NCBI GenBank assembly: GCA_004764695.1
Contig: SMSO01000037.1
Span: 1,526,747-1,590,746, forward strand
Length of the DNA stretch: 64,000 nucleotides
Source: Schizochytrium sp. TIO01
Lineage: Eukaryota > Protista > Bigyra: Labyrinthulomycetes
Direction of reading: 5' to 3'
Below, piece after piece: positions 36,201-49,000 of this stretch. Numbering within the stretch: position 1 is the first letter of the stretch; the number at the start of each line of letters is the position of its first letter. The notes beneath the pieces were generated by a model, which made no database searches, had not been told where the DNA came from, and saw nothing but the letters and a program-made list of their open reading frames with translations. Both the position numbers and the translations under genes were made by a program.

Positions 36201-36437
36201 TGCGTAGCGCACATCTCGAAATGAGAGTAGGACACGGGGGGGAGGGCGAATACTTGGCACATGACCCCGCTCGAGCACCTTTTCCTGAAATTCCTCGCGC
36301 TGAGCTGCAAAAAAATGCCGAAGTTGCTGGTCACAACAAAGTCTTCTTGATAGCCAGCTAAATAGAATTAATGGCCCTGCCATAATTACCGCCAAGACAA
36401 TGATGACCGCGATTGTGTAGCCATCAAAAGAACTCAT
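33297..36437 (-). CDS. ABCG (White-type) half transporter, NBD-TMD order
   Basis: Walker A GPSGCGKST, signature LSGGQKRR, Walker B IMLDEPTSGLD, CTIHQP and NPADF. The C-terminal TMD has FFREHA...YSSGAY and WIYYMNFFRYAFEG. Confidence 0.95.
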   Translation of the reverse strand: MSSFDGYTIAVIIVLAVIMAGPLILFSWLSRRLCCDQQLRHFFAAQREEFQEKVLERGHVPSIRPPPRVLLSFRDVRYAVPVSKNEEKHILRGVNAYFAPGTMTAIMGPSGCGKSTLLDVLADQKEFGTIAGDIRINGQLRSSVFRRASAYVMQFDVLYSELTPRETLFFVTELRLGENVPAVEKYQRVEKTLEELDLIHVADTKIGDGDGAGGLSGGQKRRLTVAIELVTGPGLIMLDEPTSGLDAFGSLRLVKVLRSLADNGRTIACTIHQPRADIFRLFDKLLLMKLGIVMYFGTIDGIFPYFESLGIEVDYSVNPADFIVDLTKEKSPDESEEERRVLERIALARERRKDAQAKTTAKIKSGSMNDVSEEPMSLLYSLDDLEDSSSHVSTPQKQSQQGTRIDEDENYINDENLDLDHQGKHLLSRPSLTKNVPSKPEKEVNEPKSQIVDGSTEEDNKEDSTQQGKNVQEFSSPGQTPIISSEEDSDETRLACIVEESSSKLQSSSQFGSGDVHVPISGLSEIESPRGGTEYPEDVPIEGLSKLESSEHMDDTKNPVSDSEMFKVEPVAKQPSLRGPIEVDLDMICDAYQTSRIRKENLRTIYNIKKGIYAGLPPPLEESYGTTTNGESGSSSTANEKYATGFWKQVRTLARRAIVNDMRNSAYVFGNWVIGPIMMLFYGALYSSVDTPFSTNKTIISDRLDEMEACQLNDNSLAFYDPSFTVNTSTPSLLYCGQGIAEDQQLAFVRASLIYQILAAAYFSEMPYVAQVFLDKRMFFREHAARSYSSGAYHLAWYIRTLFAAFLKGLILVPLGYFAAQLVIDAEAYFLFAIFFGGMSACGSSMAVLCASLFPGMEIASSVFVFVNILAQNLCGYWLVEAFIPPWFIWIYYMNFFRYAFEGTVMGQEVTVGSTDTETRAHAWLYALLVIVFAVGFQMIAFIATWLGNRTVSTDSAEMCVNDPSGDEEFTDESFLAEGLERQSELRNESSRLSQKNSDAPPMRGVSRRNLLDRYREAQLAAVRHNLSKRNSVNTALANNGGIVHF

Positions 36438-39400
36438 GGTGGCTATGGGCCTATGATTACTAGCTGAGTGGGGCTATTATATGAGAATCTATTTTACGAA
36501 GGAGTCAAACGCAGGCGAAATTGGTGCCGATATGACAAAAACAGTATGAGAAATAGGTCTGTTTTGATGCAGAGTGAGGAACAATCCGCCCTGGCAAGTA
36601 CTACAACTAATGATACGTGAACTGCTCTTGCGTATGACAGAGAGTGACAACCAAGAATAGAGAAGGAATAAACTTGATAAGGCAGAAGGAGTAAACAGGA
36701 ATCCGTACTGGGTTTGGCCCTGGCCGAAAATCAAGGACCCTTCTTGCTAAGGCTTCAAGGATGCCTTTCGTTTTTCTATTCGCCTCTCGAGACACAGATG
36801 GATGATTTCGAGTCGGTACTAGGTGCCGCAGTGCCCTTCATGCCATAGAAAGAAACTCCAGTTGAGGGGGGATAAGGGTCTGTGTTGTGAATGGCTTGAT
36901 GAACCTCAAAAAGGCATGTTTCAATCTGAGTCAGCGACAAGTCTTCTGTCACTAGGAGTATTACTATTTAAAAAAATAGTACTGTTTTTTCTTTCTATAT
37001 TTTGGCCCTAGCTGGCTAGGTGAATAGAAATACTTTCAATCGGTTTTTTCAATACATGAGTGCTAATAAGAGGTCAGCATATTATCTGTTTTCTCAGTCG
37101 CGATTTCCGAAGTTCCTTCTTAACAGGACATATCGATTTCAATCACCTATTACCTAGTGATCGACTTAGTACTATTCGTTCTGGACTAATAGTACTTACG
37201 TACCTATCTACCTAAGTTCTATCTGAATTATTTCTAGCTACTATATATTTTCTTTGATCATTTATATTCATTGTAGTATGATTATTATTATTAAATTCAA
37301 TTAAAGAATAGAAGTATAACTATTTTTAAAAAAACATATCATAAGATCATATATATTGTTTTAAAAGGAAAACAAGAATAGAGATAGAAAAAATAATAAG
37401 GATAAGGATAAGGATAAACATCATTTTATGGATAGTACCAATTAAAGGTAAAAATAGAACCGAATAGACAACTTGCTCTACTCACTTTTGATATATTTCC
37501 ACAAAGTGTTAAGAGAAAAAAGAAAAGAACTAGTATTACTAATATACCTAAAGATAACTACTCCAAGGTTTTAAACGCTCCACTGTAGAATTTGTTTCTA
37601 TGCTGCCATTGGTTATAACGTCACTGACGATGACACTTTATGCACTGAGCTCCGGTGGCATGTGGAGAGAGACCGAGAATAATAAAAGATCACGTAGATA
37701 GAATGTTAGATGTCGGCTGTCAAAGTAGTTGAATGTTGCCAAGGCAAAGGTATTTTATTTTCCTTGCAGAATTGTAATGGGTAGAAATCCTAGTTGCTGA
37801 GCCCAGTACATACATATATTCGTTTCCTTTTTTGCCTTTCTTTTTTATACATGTAAACATAACGAGCACTCCCTCAATAAACCTACGCAGCTTTAAGTCA
37901 TCCCATAAACAAAGTGTCATCTAAACTTTAAAAAACACAGTAGCATGATTTCTGCAACATGAATACTTTCGTGTGCACGCACATTTGCGATATTTAAGCA
38001 CTTCAGCGACTCACAAGTGCCGAGGTATACATTCTATATTAACCTACTCTATGGATTGAATTAAATTGAATTGTATTGCATTTAATTTAATTTCAATAAA
38101 TTAAATTAAAAGCTTGGAAGGAGAAAACAAAACAAATAAAATGAAGATAACAATCATTCATCACTTTTTGCCAAAGAAACCCAATTGTAGCTTGCGAACC
38201 TTGCGCGCAAAGAAGATGGGTCTCCAACTAGAGTAAAGGTTTTCAAATACTATTTTCTCTCTCCATTATAAAAATAAAAAATAAAAACCAAAACGAAACG
38301 AAACGGCACTAAAGAGGTGGGAAGCGGTGCGATTTTGAGTTGCACCATCGTTTCTGAGGTACTCGATATTTTACCTAAATGATACACGCTAGACGGAGCA
38401 ACCATTGCAAGTCGTCCTTACCATTCTAGTTTCTTGTAGAAGGAATAGGCATGTTTTTCTAGGTTCAAACTTACCAGAAAAAGCAATTGCCTGAAGAAAG
38501 GATATCACACCAACATGCACATACAGAGAGTGGAGTACTGTTTGCAACATTGTTGAAGGCAAATTAGAAAAGAATACAAGGTTTTGGGATTGCTTGGTAC
38601 CCATCCAAACGAGCGAATTGTTACTGGTTCTCTTTTTAAAATGCTCACATTTTTTTTTCTAAAGTAGGGGATTTCAAATGGTCTTTGCAAACAAATATGA
38701 TGCAAGGAAACATTTCAAAATAACATTTACCGAGTAACGATGAATAGAAAGATACAATAAAGTGGCTCATCAAAACAGCAAACCTCCTTGCTTTTAGATT
38801 TTTGTATATTTGTATAATATTGATTTATTTATGGTGTCTCTTGGTCGACAACACGCTACGTGGAGGAGAGCAAAACTGATAGACCCTTCGAAAATCCATG
38901 TTGCATGTTGCATGTTACATATATCATGAATCGGTTTATATTGATTAAGGTGCATGTTCAACATATGATATTTTGAAAGAGAGAAGGATGGTAGTTGTAG
39001 TTCATGCAAGCGCGTGTCTTTGCGTTTTTGCTCTTTTTTTTGAAGCCGAAGAATATGACAAGTGCCTCTGGTTAGTTAGTCAGAAAGTCAAAGGGGCTAA
39101 ACGAAACCCTGATCCCAATTCGAAAAAGTAAAAGAATCACTATTCAAATGCTTTCAAATTTGACACCTCACTCCAAATACCAGCACAAATTTAAAGTTTC
39201 CACCAAAGAATGAAGCAACGTTCAAACGAAAGAGTTGAAGATTGCATTTTGCAAGGATTCTTCAAAATATGAATCACGCCTGAATCTATTATCTTTTATT
39301 TCATTTTTTTAAAGTGGAAAGAAACTCAAGATTTTGTTTTAAAAAAAAATAAAACCAGAAAACACTAAATCGTATTATAGGTTACTGACTAAACCATTGA

Positions 39401-40662
39401 TAGAAAATTTAATAAATAAATATAATTTTAAAAAAAATTAAAGGCCTATATAATGGCCTTTACTTACTAGACCATCCAGGAAATGACCCGATCATGGTAA
39501 TCTAGGTCCGAGAACAGGAAGTGCAAGCTTTTTCAATTATATAAATGGGTATGTCGTGGTGTGTCATACGTAGTTACCCGAACTCAAAACGTTCAGGCAA
39601 TATGGTACTTCTCTATCCTTATGCTCTACTCTGCAATGCTTTTAGCTTTGTTTTTCAAAAAATAGATGGTTGAATTAAAAAAGTAAAATATAGCCTATAA
39701 ATCATCCCTTGGGGTACACCTCAGAAGAATATCAGCCTGATCTCTTTCGACCGTGTGCTGAACCACTGGTTTGGATCTGCGCAAATCGATTGGGCTACAT
39801 TTGAAAAAAGAAAGCTATACAAATGTACGGTTGAAAGGAAAATGCTGTTGGGATACTAGCTGTCTGTGACTGACTAAGTCTATCATACAACTCCGCTCTC
39901 AAACAGTCCTGTTGATTTTTTAACTTGAGTAGAAACACAAGAAACGCAAGCCAAAACAGACACTTATCCAACTTAGCCTACTTAAATATTGTACCAGGCT
40001 TTAGGTTGATGTACCATGACAATATATTGCCTTTTTAAAATTTTCGAAATCGAAATGCTGTCATTCTAGATCCGTGATGGTGAATACTTGCAGCACCCTA
40101 AAATGAAAGGTACAGCGCCACACAATTTGGCCATGTGTTCTCTTCGTTTTATTATTGATTGTCCCTTTTATGTACCGTGTGTTCTCTTAGTTGTATTATT
40201 GATTATCTCTTTAAAATAAAATATATTTGCGTGGACATTTGGCAAAAGCTCTAGGTACCTATTCGATTGTGCCCAATTGTTAGGTTTGCTGCATCCCTGG
40301 ATGGATAGCTAGATAGGTATAATGCATTAGTGCTTTCCAACTTTCTTTTCCTTTTTTAAAAAAAGTTCTTGTGTTATGACTCGAAGTAATTGTTTAGAAT
40401 TGAGGATATAGGCAGTTGCTTCAAACTAGTGAGAGTGACTTTAACACACAGAACAAATACTAAGACCTTGCCCTGCTTAGGACTAGTTGAAGCTAGGCAA
40501 ACAACTTAAACAGCTTTTTTCTTGCACATGAGCCAGTAACCTTGCTTTGCGCGATCGCTTAAGACGACCCTGCGCAGGACTGATTGTCCCATCGTTCAGG
40601 TATACAACAATACCTTAAGGAATACATATTCTCCCTATGTGCAAAGAAACAACTATCTTGTG

Positions 40663-42408
40663 ATGAAGCGTGTGCATGAGGAAATAGACGGCGAAACAGT
40701 ATATCCTCAAAGTCGTCTTAAACGCGAGAAGCAGCAGAAGACCAGAGAAGGCTTGGAAGAGGGACCCAAAGCAAGCTCTTGGACTGTAAGGAAAGCAATT
40801 GGAAAACTGCACTATTTGCTTTCTCGAAATCTCGCAAACATTAAGCACGCCTTCGCGGAGGGTACCCCGAGAGCGCTCTTATTTACAAAGGACGAGAAAC
40901 AATTCCAACCTAAATATGTTCCTGCCTTTTCAATAACAGGGGGGCTTGGACTACCCCGTGGTAACCAACGTATGACTTTGTCGAAGGCTCTTGGACAACC
41001 CAAATCCGTGCAAAGTACCGCCTTGAAGCGGCGAAACCTGGATAAAAATGAGGAGGATTCCCTACTCTTATTCTCCACACCACAGCGTCCACATTCATTG
41101 GGACCTCCATACGAGAAAGATCAGGCTGCATTGGACAGCATGCTATGTAAACAAGTTCCTTTCGAATCTTCAAATCCTTCAGTTCAGCCTCTACCTAGTC
41201 TTTCTCAGTTAAACTGCCCATGTCGCAAAACACGACCCCTAGAGGCATCGAAACAAACCAAAGTCGAGAACCAAAATGAATATAGTTCTAGAGTCACTCA
41301 GTCCACCCGAAATCATCCCTATTTGTCCTGGCATTCAGGTCTTCGACCTGGAACTTTTTCTTCTCGAAGATCTGGGAAAACAAATCATGAGGTTCCATGC
41401 CTTTCATTGAGTAAAAATACGAAACACCGGGAAACATATCAACCAATAGGATTCCACAATCCAGGGAACCTGTGCTTTATGAATGCTGTTTTGCAAAGCC
41501 TTATTCACTGCAAATCATTTACCACAGCAATCCACTTGGATCTCCCGCTCGTTTTTGACTCTGATTCTGTAGGCCACGAGACGAGGAAGAGTACTACATG
41601 TGCCGATGAAAATTGTGAGCTTTGTGTAATTGCAGATTTTATTCTGCAAATAGAGAGTAGTCAGACAGCAACAAATTCCATTCGTCCTCCACTACAACTC
41701 TTGCGCTGTATGGGCCCTGACTTCATTCATTTGAATAAAGGTCCACAACAACAAGATGCTCATGAGTTTCTACAAAAATTTATCAGGGCTCTTCTGGGCG
41801 CTCGCCATAAACATCGTCTTGCACAACCAGAACCTAATCCAAACAGTGCCAAGGGCTTAGAAATTCTGTTTGACATGGGCTTGGGAAGCTCAATTAAATG
41901 CTTGAGGTGCAAATTTTCATCGAAACGTGTAGAGCCTGTTCTGGATATAAGCTTGCCATTATGTAGAGATGCAGAACATCCAGGCTCGCCGCTCATAATT
42001 TCTGAGGTAATTGAAAGTTTAGAAAAAGGAGAAATACTCGAGAATACAAATGCATATGCATGCAACACATGCCACACTAAAGTTCGAGCTTGTCGGAAAA
42101 GTCAAATTGTATTTATACCAATTATCCTAGTTATCCATCTTAAACGTTTCACCAATGTCGGGACTAAGGATGATACCAAAATACAACTTGAAAAAGACCT
42201 GACTCTGAAAAGTGATAAACGTTTTTCTCTTCGATCGCTAATTATTCATCACGGTGCAACCTGTCGCTCTGGGCACTACGTTGCCTTTGTAAAAAGTGCT
42301 GAAGATGATGCAAAGTGGTTTCTTATGAATGACTCAAAGGTCTCAGCAATGACATGGGACGACGTAATACACCAAGAGCCCTACATTCTCGTTTACGAGC
42401 GAACTTAG
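40663..42408 (+). CDS. Ubiquitin-specific protease (peptidase C19; USP17/36/42-like)
   Basis: Cys box GFHNPGNLCFMNAVLQ, QQDAHEFL, CxxC pairs, IHLKRF, His box SGHYVAFV, MNDSKV and PYILVYER. The first in-frame ATG is at 40663. Confidence 0.93.
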   Translation: MKRVHEEIDGETVYPQSRLKREKQQKTREGLEEGPKASSWTVRKAIGKLHYLLSRNLANIKHAFAEGTPRALLFTKDEKQFQPKYVPAFSITGGLGLPRGNQRMTLSKALGQPKSVQSTALKRRNLDKNEEDSLLLFSTPQRPHSLGPPYEKDQAALDSMLCKQVPFESSNPSVQPLPSLSQLNCPCRKTRPLEASKQTKVENQNEYSSRVTQSTRNHPYLSWHSGLRPGTFSSRRSGKTNHEVPCLSLSKNTKHRETYQPIGFHNPGNLCFMNAVLQSLIHCKSFTTAIHLDLPLVFDSDSVGHETRKSTTCADENCELCVIADFILQIESSQTATNSIRPPLQLLRCMGPDFIHLNKGPQQQDAHEFLQKFIRALLGARHKHRLAQPEPNPNSAKGLEILFDMGLGSSIKCLRCKFSSKRVEPVLDISLPLCRDAEHPGSPLIISEVIESLEKGEILENTNAYACNTCHTKVRACRKSQIVFIPIILVIHLKRFTNVGTKDDTKIQLEKDLTLKSDKRFSLRSLIIHHGATCRSGHYVAFVKSAEDDAKWFLMNDSKVSAMTWDDVIHQEPYILVYERT

Positions 42409-45400
42409 GAGGGAAACTGTACAGCTTTTCTACAACCAAGAATCCACTTCCTTCGTGGCACCTGATGTTTCATTCAATAAATTAATTTATACTGCCTCAT
42501 AGTCTGTACATATCGTTTCAAATAGCGTTCTTGAAATTCAAAAATGTCACACATGATACCATGCGCAGGTGCATTTTTTTACGAGAACATCCTCAATCTG
42601 AGACTGGACTTCGCCAACAGCTATTGTTTTCGACGTCATTAACTATTCCTTTCCTCCATTTCTCTACCTACATCCCTCGCTGATAGCTTTGCGCTAACCT
42701 GCAATACGTCAATTTCTTTACTTAATACATATAAATATCACAACTCATGAATGTCTTCAAGAAAGTTAAATAGCTCATCATATACTGCCGAAAGAAAATA
42801 ATCTTGGATCATTTTGATTTACCAAGTCAATCAATCTACGAAGATACGAAACAAAATCCAAGCAAACTTTAATATTGTCAGAGCAATTATTAATGTCCTG
42901 TTATAGGTAGCCTAAAGTTTTCAGTTCGTTTGGACGCTAAATGGTGTCGGGCTTTTTCTTCTGGCTTCAATCAATAGACGACAGGACAAGTAAAACATGA
43001 TAAGATGAAGCAATTGTAAACTGAGTACGCGGAATTCAAGGGAAAAAATGTGCAAACGAAAGGAACTCATGAAAATTTTGACATAATGGTTAATTCGAGA
43101 ATGCGAATGTAGTTCACGTTTTGGCTAAAGTTTCATCTTTTAAATGAATAAAAATCGAGTGTACACTTAGTCAGAGTGTTTGAATTCACGATATTATTAT
43201 ACTTGTGGTGTCTATTTGCATTCAAACTGGCACTTAGAACTGGAACATAAATTAAGGATTAATAGAACTTGTTTCTACATCAGGAAAAACCTCACTTAAA
43301 GGTAGCTTTGATAAGAGAGTTCCCCTTACCTCTCGAGTGAACTGGTCATCACCATGCAATTTGAGCTTTTCCCTTCATTTCTATGCTTCATCATATTATA
43401 CCTGGGCAATCATGACAGCCGGCAGCTTATTCTTCGTGGTGCACGCAAGATGTTAACATATGTAGCAGATATCCAAAATTCCAAGTGTGCTTCGAGTTTT
43501 CTAACTCAATAAACTGGATTCTGGAATTTGCCTTAGGAGCTCATCAATAAAAGCAACTAATGAGGTTAAATTTCAGTCCATTTCAATCCTAAATCGGTTA
43601 CTACAGTCTAGCATGTAAAATGGTTATTTATGTGGAGAGATATTTTTTCACATGGTTCAATGTTTGAACCTCGACACGCTACTGGACCATCACACTATGT
43701 GGGTATTTCCATTGCATAGCATGCAGTAGTGACAACCGCCTATTTGGGGTGTTGCGCTTGGGGAGATGTATGGTTTCTTTAGTAAATTTCTTAATAGGCT
43801 TACTGGAAAATTCTAACCCAACGCTTTGTACGATCAATCCTGGGGATCTCAAGATGTCAAAAATTTTTGTAGGGCGCAGGAAAACATCTGGTGGATTCAG
43901 TCATGTGCGTGAGAAGGTATTTAAAGAGGAAAGAAAAAAGTTGGCGCTGACAATGCCGATGCTTTCAACAACAAAAAAGAAGTACCTAGCTGGCTAGATT
44001 CTTCTTATGCACTGCTATTTTCTCTCATTTAAAAAGATTGTTTCTTAGTAAAATAAAATAAAGTGACCTAAAAAAATAAAAAATAAAACAGCCAAAGGAG
44101 GACAATCCAATCTTCCTTCTACATTATAGAATGAAAATCCAAGTCCTAGCCCAAGATATCAGCGCAATGCGATTTTTGCGAGAAGAGAGGATATAGATTT
44201 CTTATTCCTTTTCATCTGTTTGCACAATGTCATTAATAACTATATCAGATAAACAAAGCGACAGCTCTGCGTTCCCTTTCAAGAAATTCATTGAACTCTA
44301 CTAGCTAGGTACTGAGTGTATTACTGGCATAGGCCGTCTGTGGCCTACTTTCAGCTGTCCAGTTTATCACCCCCCCCCCATTTCCCCATCATTTCACAGA
44401 ATTGACCTACGCACTGCACAGTGTTAACTATCTGCGGCGATGAATTTCTATTAGGTAAACGGTCTTCTTCCTCCCATTGGTACCTCTCCATTTATTTTTT
44501 CTTCTTTTGAAAGGTATTTGTGTCTATGAATTTCCAACTTATTTCTTCAAGTTGTTTGTTAATGTTCTTTCCAGGTATCACGGCGGTCTTTGAATAATTT
44601 CACTCCGTTCCCATTCAGTCTCTCAACATTTGTCCCTCCTGGTATCGCTACTCTCTCGCTCTTATATTCTCAACTTCACGTCTTAGCAACGTCCCCAATA
44701 CTTGAGCAAGTGAGCAACCAAGAAAGAAAAAGGTAAGAAGAGGCTATTGCAACCGAACTTCGTACCCGACTGACATCCAGCTAGCCCACCTTGGTATGTC
44801 ATCGTGAAATCCTGTGTGTCTTTTCTACGATAGCTCTTATGTCAATATCCCAAAGTATCCCTCTTTTGTCGCAGGCAGAATGATGGATGCCATGGGTATT
44901 TCAAGAAGTATCAACGAGTTGAATTGAGTCTTTCTAATAAAACCAATCTCTCAATGGAGCAAAACGCATCAATGGAGCAAAACGAACACCAATCAACATG
45001 AATTTCTTGGAAATGGACCGCAAATCATGATGCCTAGATAATGAACGGCATCCATCCACTACATCTGAACAAACAGAAGAAGCGACACATCAGTACCTAC
45101 TATAATAATCGAGGAGACTGGAGTTCATCTGTTCCCCAACCCCACGTGGGCTTTTTGTAATGATTTGAGAGAATGAAAGAATCATACCAATAATGAAATA
45201 AAAAGTAATGTTGGTCATATAGTGAAAGTGAGAAAGTTTATATGTTTCCTCCAATTATTTATAAGAAACATAGCCTTTTTTGTTTTACCTTTTTTCAACG
45301 ACATAGTAGATAAATAGATAAACGGTATGTTATAGTTCTACGACTAGGACCTTAATTGTTTCTTGTGTTGTTTTTTCATTTCTTTCAATAACTTTTTTCC

Positions 45401-46023
45401 GTCATTATGTATAGAAACGTTTTTTGTTTTCTTCCAATTTTTCTCAACGTGCAGCAAAACGGATTGCACTACCGCTACTACCGGCGAGAACTGACATCCC
45501 ACTCCTCGTGCGCTCAGACTTCTTGGGCTTGCAGCAAACAGAAAGCTACCTGCCTGGTTACCCAAGTGAACAGCTGACTGCCTAATTGGCTGTTCTTAGC
45601 CCGGCATATACTCGTGCTTGTGTGCGCGTGCACCGCGCAGAGCAGCTCGCGAAGCCTCGGTTCGCACTGAGCTGTCGTCTCCCTGTGCCTGGATTAGACT
45701 TCATCGTCTCATCTTCTCCTCTATTCTCACACCTATAACAAGGCTTTCTACTTAGTACCCAGCCCTAGTCCCCATTACCAGCGCCATCTTCTTGCCGTTG
45801 CTATTGTTGTTGTCATCGCTGTTTCCACCGGTTGTTGCGGCGCAGTGCGCTCAATCTGGGAGGCAGTTTGGTTCTGAAAACATTAGGGCAAACCTAAACA
45901 CAATATCAGAGTTCATTCATCCTAGTATAGGGGCTTCAAGGCACATTCATCATTAGCTTCTTAAGTTGCTAGTGCAATTTGCAAGTCGAAGTAGGCTCCT
46001 TCTCAAGAAGCTTCAGAAAAATA

Positions 46024-49000
46024 ATGCAGAAATCTATTCGTTCGCGTGCAGTGAGCCCAAGAATGACTACTTCAACATCAAACAGAAGTATCTCCATGGA
46101 CGAAGAGAATGTACCGCCTTCTGAAAATTGCAGTCGCATGAGCAACCAGAACCCCAATGTCACATTATTCGACTCAGATAACTCCAAGCTGAAGCGTTCC
46201 AAGTCACTAACTTGGGATGCTTGTACATGGAATAATAATATCCTTGATAGTGTATCGAGCGTGTGCGAGGAGATCCCCCAAGACGAGTTGGCTTCTGCTA
46301 CTTTACTAGATTTCTTGAAATCTACTGGTGAAACCCCTCGTCTTCCTAAAAAATCGGCCAGCTTTTTTGAAGGTGGGGGCGAGGCCTCTTTGGAGTTTCT
46401 CAGCGAGCTTGCTGAGCGTGGGCACCCAGGGTCTTTCCATGGAAACTCCGTATCGGACCAGACTCTGGGATCGACCTCGGATTCACCAATCAACCAGTTC
46501 TCTCGTTCTCCCTTGGGTAGCAACAAGAAGCTAAGTCGCCGTGCAACTTTTGCTAACTTCCCCAACAATCTTTCTGGTGACACGTTGAGAGGAGGTGCAG
46601 ATCACATGCGTCTTAGACGGGAAGCAGGAGCCTATGAGCACCCCCCTGAATGGACCACGCTTCCAGCAATGATTGAAGTGGAGGATAGTGAGGGAGATGA
46701 AGACGATGAGGATGACGACTACAGTATCTCACAGTTTGATCTGACCGATTTTCACTCTCCAGAAAACCCAGCAATGTCACGTCGCAAAATGCGCCTACGA
46801 CGAGTGAACTCGGCAGAACTAGTTCGCCGGGCGTTCCCAGAAATGCTTTTTGATAGAATTACATCTGAGGCCAACTTAGCTGGGTCAGGATCCACAAGCA
46901 ATCTACAGATGAACACCCCACGTGTGCCAATGCACATCGTTGAAGAGGAGAAAGAGGACGACCGAACTCTTGGAGTTCGGCGTTCTCAAACTCGTCCTGC
47001 GTCTAGCCACGACTTATTGGGCGCCACAAAGGAAGACTATTCTGATATTCATGCGAGAGTTGTTGATGAGGACTACGAAGATGATGATGAAGACGAAGCT
47101 CTGCCCGCTGCCCCCAAACTCATGGAAAACGGAGCCTTTCGCCATCGTACATCTTCAAGCTCTACGGATAGCTCATTTCCTACGACAACAACATCTGGTG
47201 CCACCTCCCCAGCACTTTCTCCTGCTTCACCCGTTCCGCCAGGATTTTCACCCATGGTTTCGGCGCAAACACAAATGAATCACCATGGTAGCCACCCTAT
47301 TCCACAAGACCAACACTATCAAAGTCTATCTTCAGGATCTCATGCTCAAAACTCGCCCTCTGTGCCTATGCCACCAATGCAGTATCCTATGGGATCCTCT
47401 ACATTTCCGACAAATGTGGCTTCTATACCAGGGATGCCGCAAATGGATCCCGAGATGCAACAAGCTATGCAGCAAGCTATGCAACAACAATTTGCTATGT
47501 ACATGCAACAAATGCTGTTTGCTCAACAGCAAGCTGCAGCAGCGGCCAACATGAATCTTGGAATGAATATGGGTATGTCTATGGGCATGAACATGAACAT
47601 GGGTGTGGGTATGAATGTGAGTGCCCCAATGCACTTGGGGTCAGGAAATAATAGCTATACAGCATCTATGCACGCTCAACATTTTCAAGGTTCTCATTCG
47701 CATTATGCCAACCCAGGCACACGCTCTAGAAACTCACAGCGCTCGCCGCAAAGGACTTCACATGCTCAGCAGCAACAGTCTGCTTTGCAAAAGCAGCGGC
47801 ATGGTGAATTTAATAGGACAAGCGATTCACAAAACAATCAGGGCAGTGATATAGAAACCCACAGTGCAGCATATCGTCAGGCGAGTAACCATTATGCTAC
47901 CCAGCAACAAGTGTCACTTACATCCTCCGCTTCATCCTCTTCCGCTTTGATGAACAATTTCAAACATAAAGGAACTCGCCCATCTCCACGAGAGTTGCAA
48001 GGCCACGTGCTGGAGTTTGCTTGTGACTCGCTTGGTTCAAGGCTGCTGCAGCAAATAATGCCACGCGCAGCTCCTGAGCACCAAAAGGCTTTGATGGATG
48101 AACTTATACATGATGTCTTGCAAGTAACCTGCGATCTTTTTGGCAATTATGTAATTCAGGTTTTTCTTCAACATGCTACGTCCGAACAGCGAGACATGGT
48201 TGCACGCATTATGCGTGGAAGCGTTCTCGATCTTAGCAAACATGCGCACGGTTGTCGAGTAGTGCAGCGGATTCTAGAGCTTGCAAGTCCTCGAGAGCGC
48301 TTAGAGCTCATGGAGGAGGTTATTTTAGATCCAAATGTACTTTGGGAAGCAGCTATGGATACACATGCTTCCCATGTTTTGCAGAAAGCTCTTCTGGTTC
48401 TTCAACACGATCTTGAGCCTGAATTGACGCTTCGCCCTGGCAGAGGCTTGAAGCCTACCACTTTGGCTCGTGGCTCAGGTACAGGAAGTTCTGGAGCGCC
48501 GCGTACTCACGGGGGTCGATCTGTAGCCCCTCATGGTAGTGCAGCAAATGGGCATGCTACGAACAATCATGGTCAAATTTTGTCCTCAATGACACGTACC
48601 GAAAATAATGAACTTCGTGAAAGGTGCCGTGTTCTCATTGAAACTGTTGAACAACTCGTCTCCTCAGAGGTCATGACCATGGCGATTAACCCTAACGCAT
48701 GTCGTCTTGTGCAACGTGTACTAGCCGACTGTGACCGCACTCGCTCGGACCATGTACGAATTGTCATGGATGTTGTGGAGAGTGACTATTCTCGTTTGGC
48801 TCTTGATCAACATGGAAACTTTATCCTGCAGCATATTTTACAGTTTGGTCAGCAAGACCAGGCAAACCGAATTCAGGAATTTGTGTCCAGTCGATGTGTG
48901 GATCTTGCTCAGCATAAGTTTGGTTCCCATCTTGTTGAGCAGTGTCTTGTCACTGGTACCCTTGATCAAGCAAACTTCATTGTAGACCAAATTCTTGACG

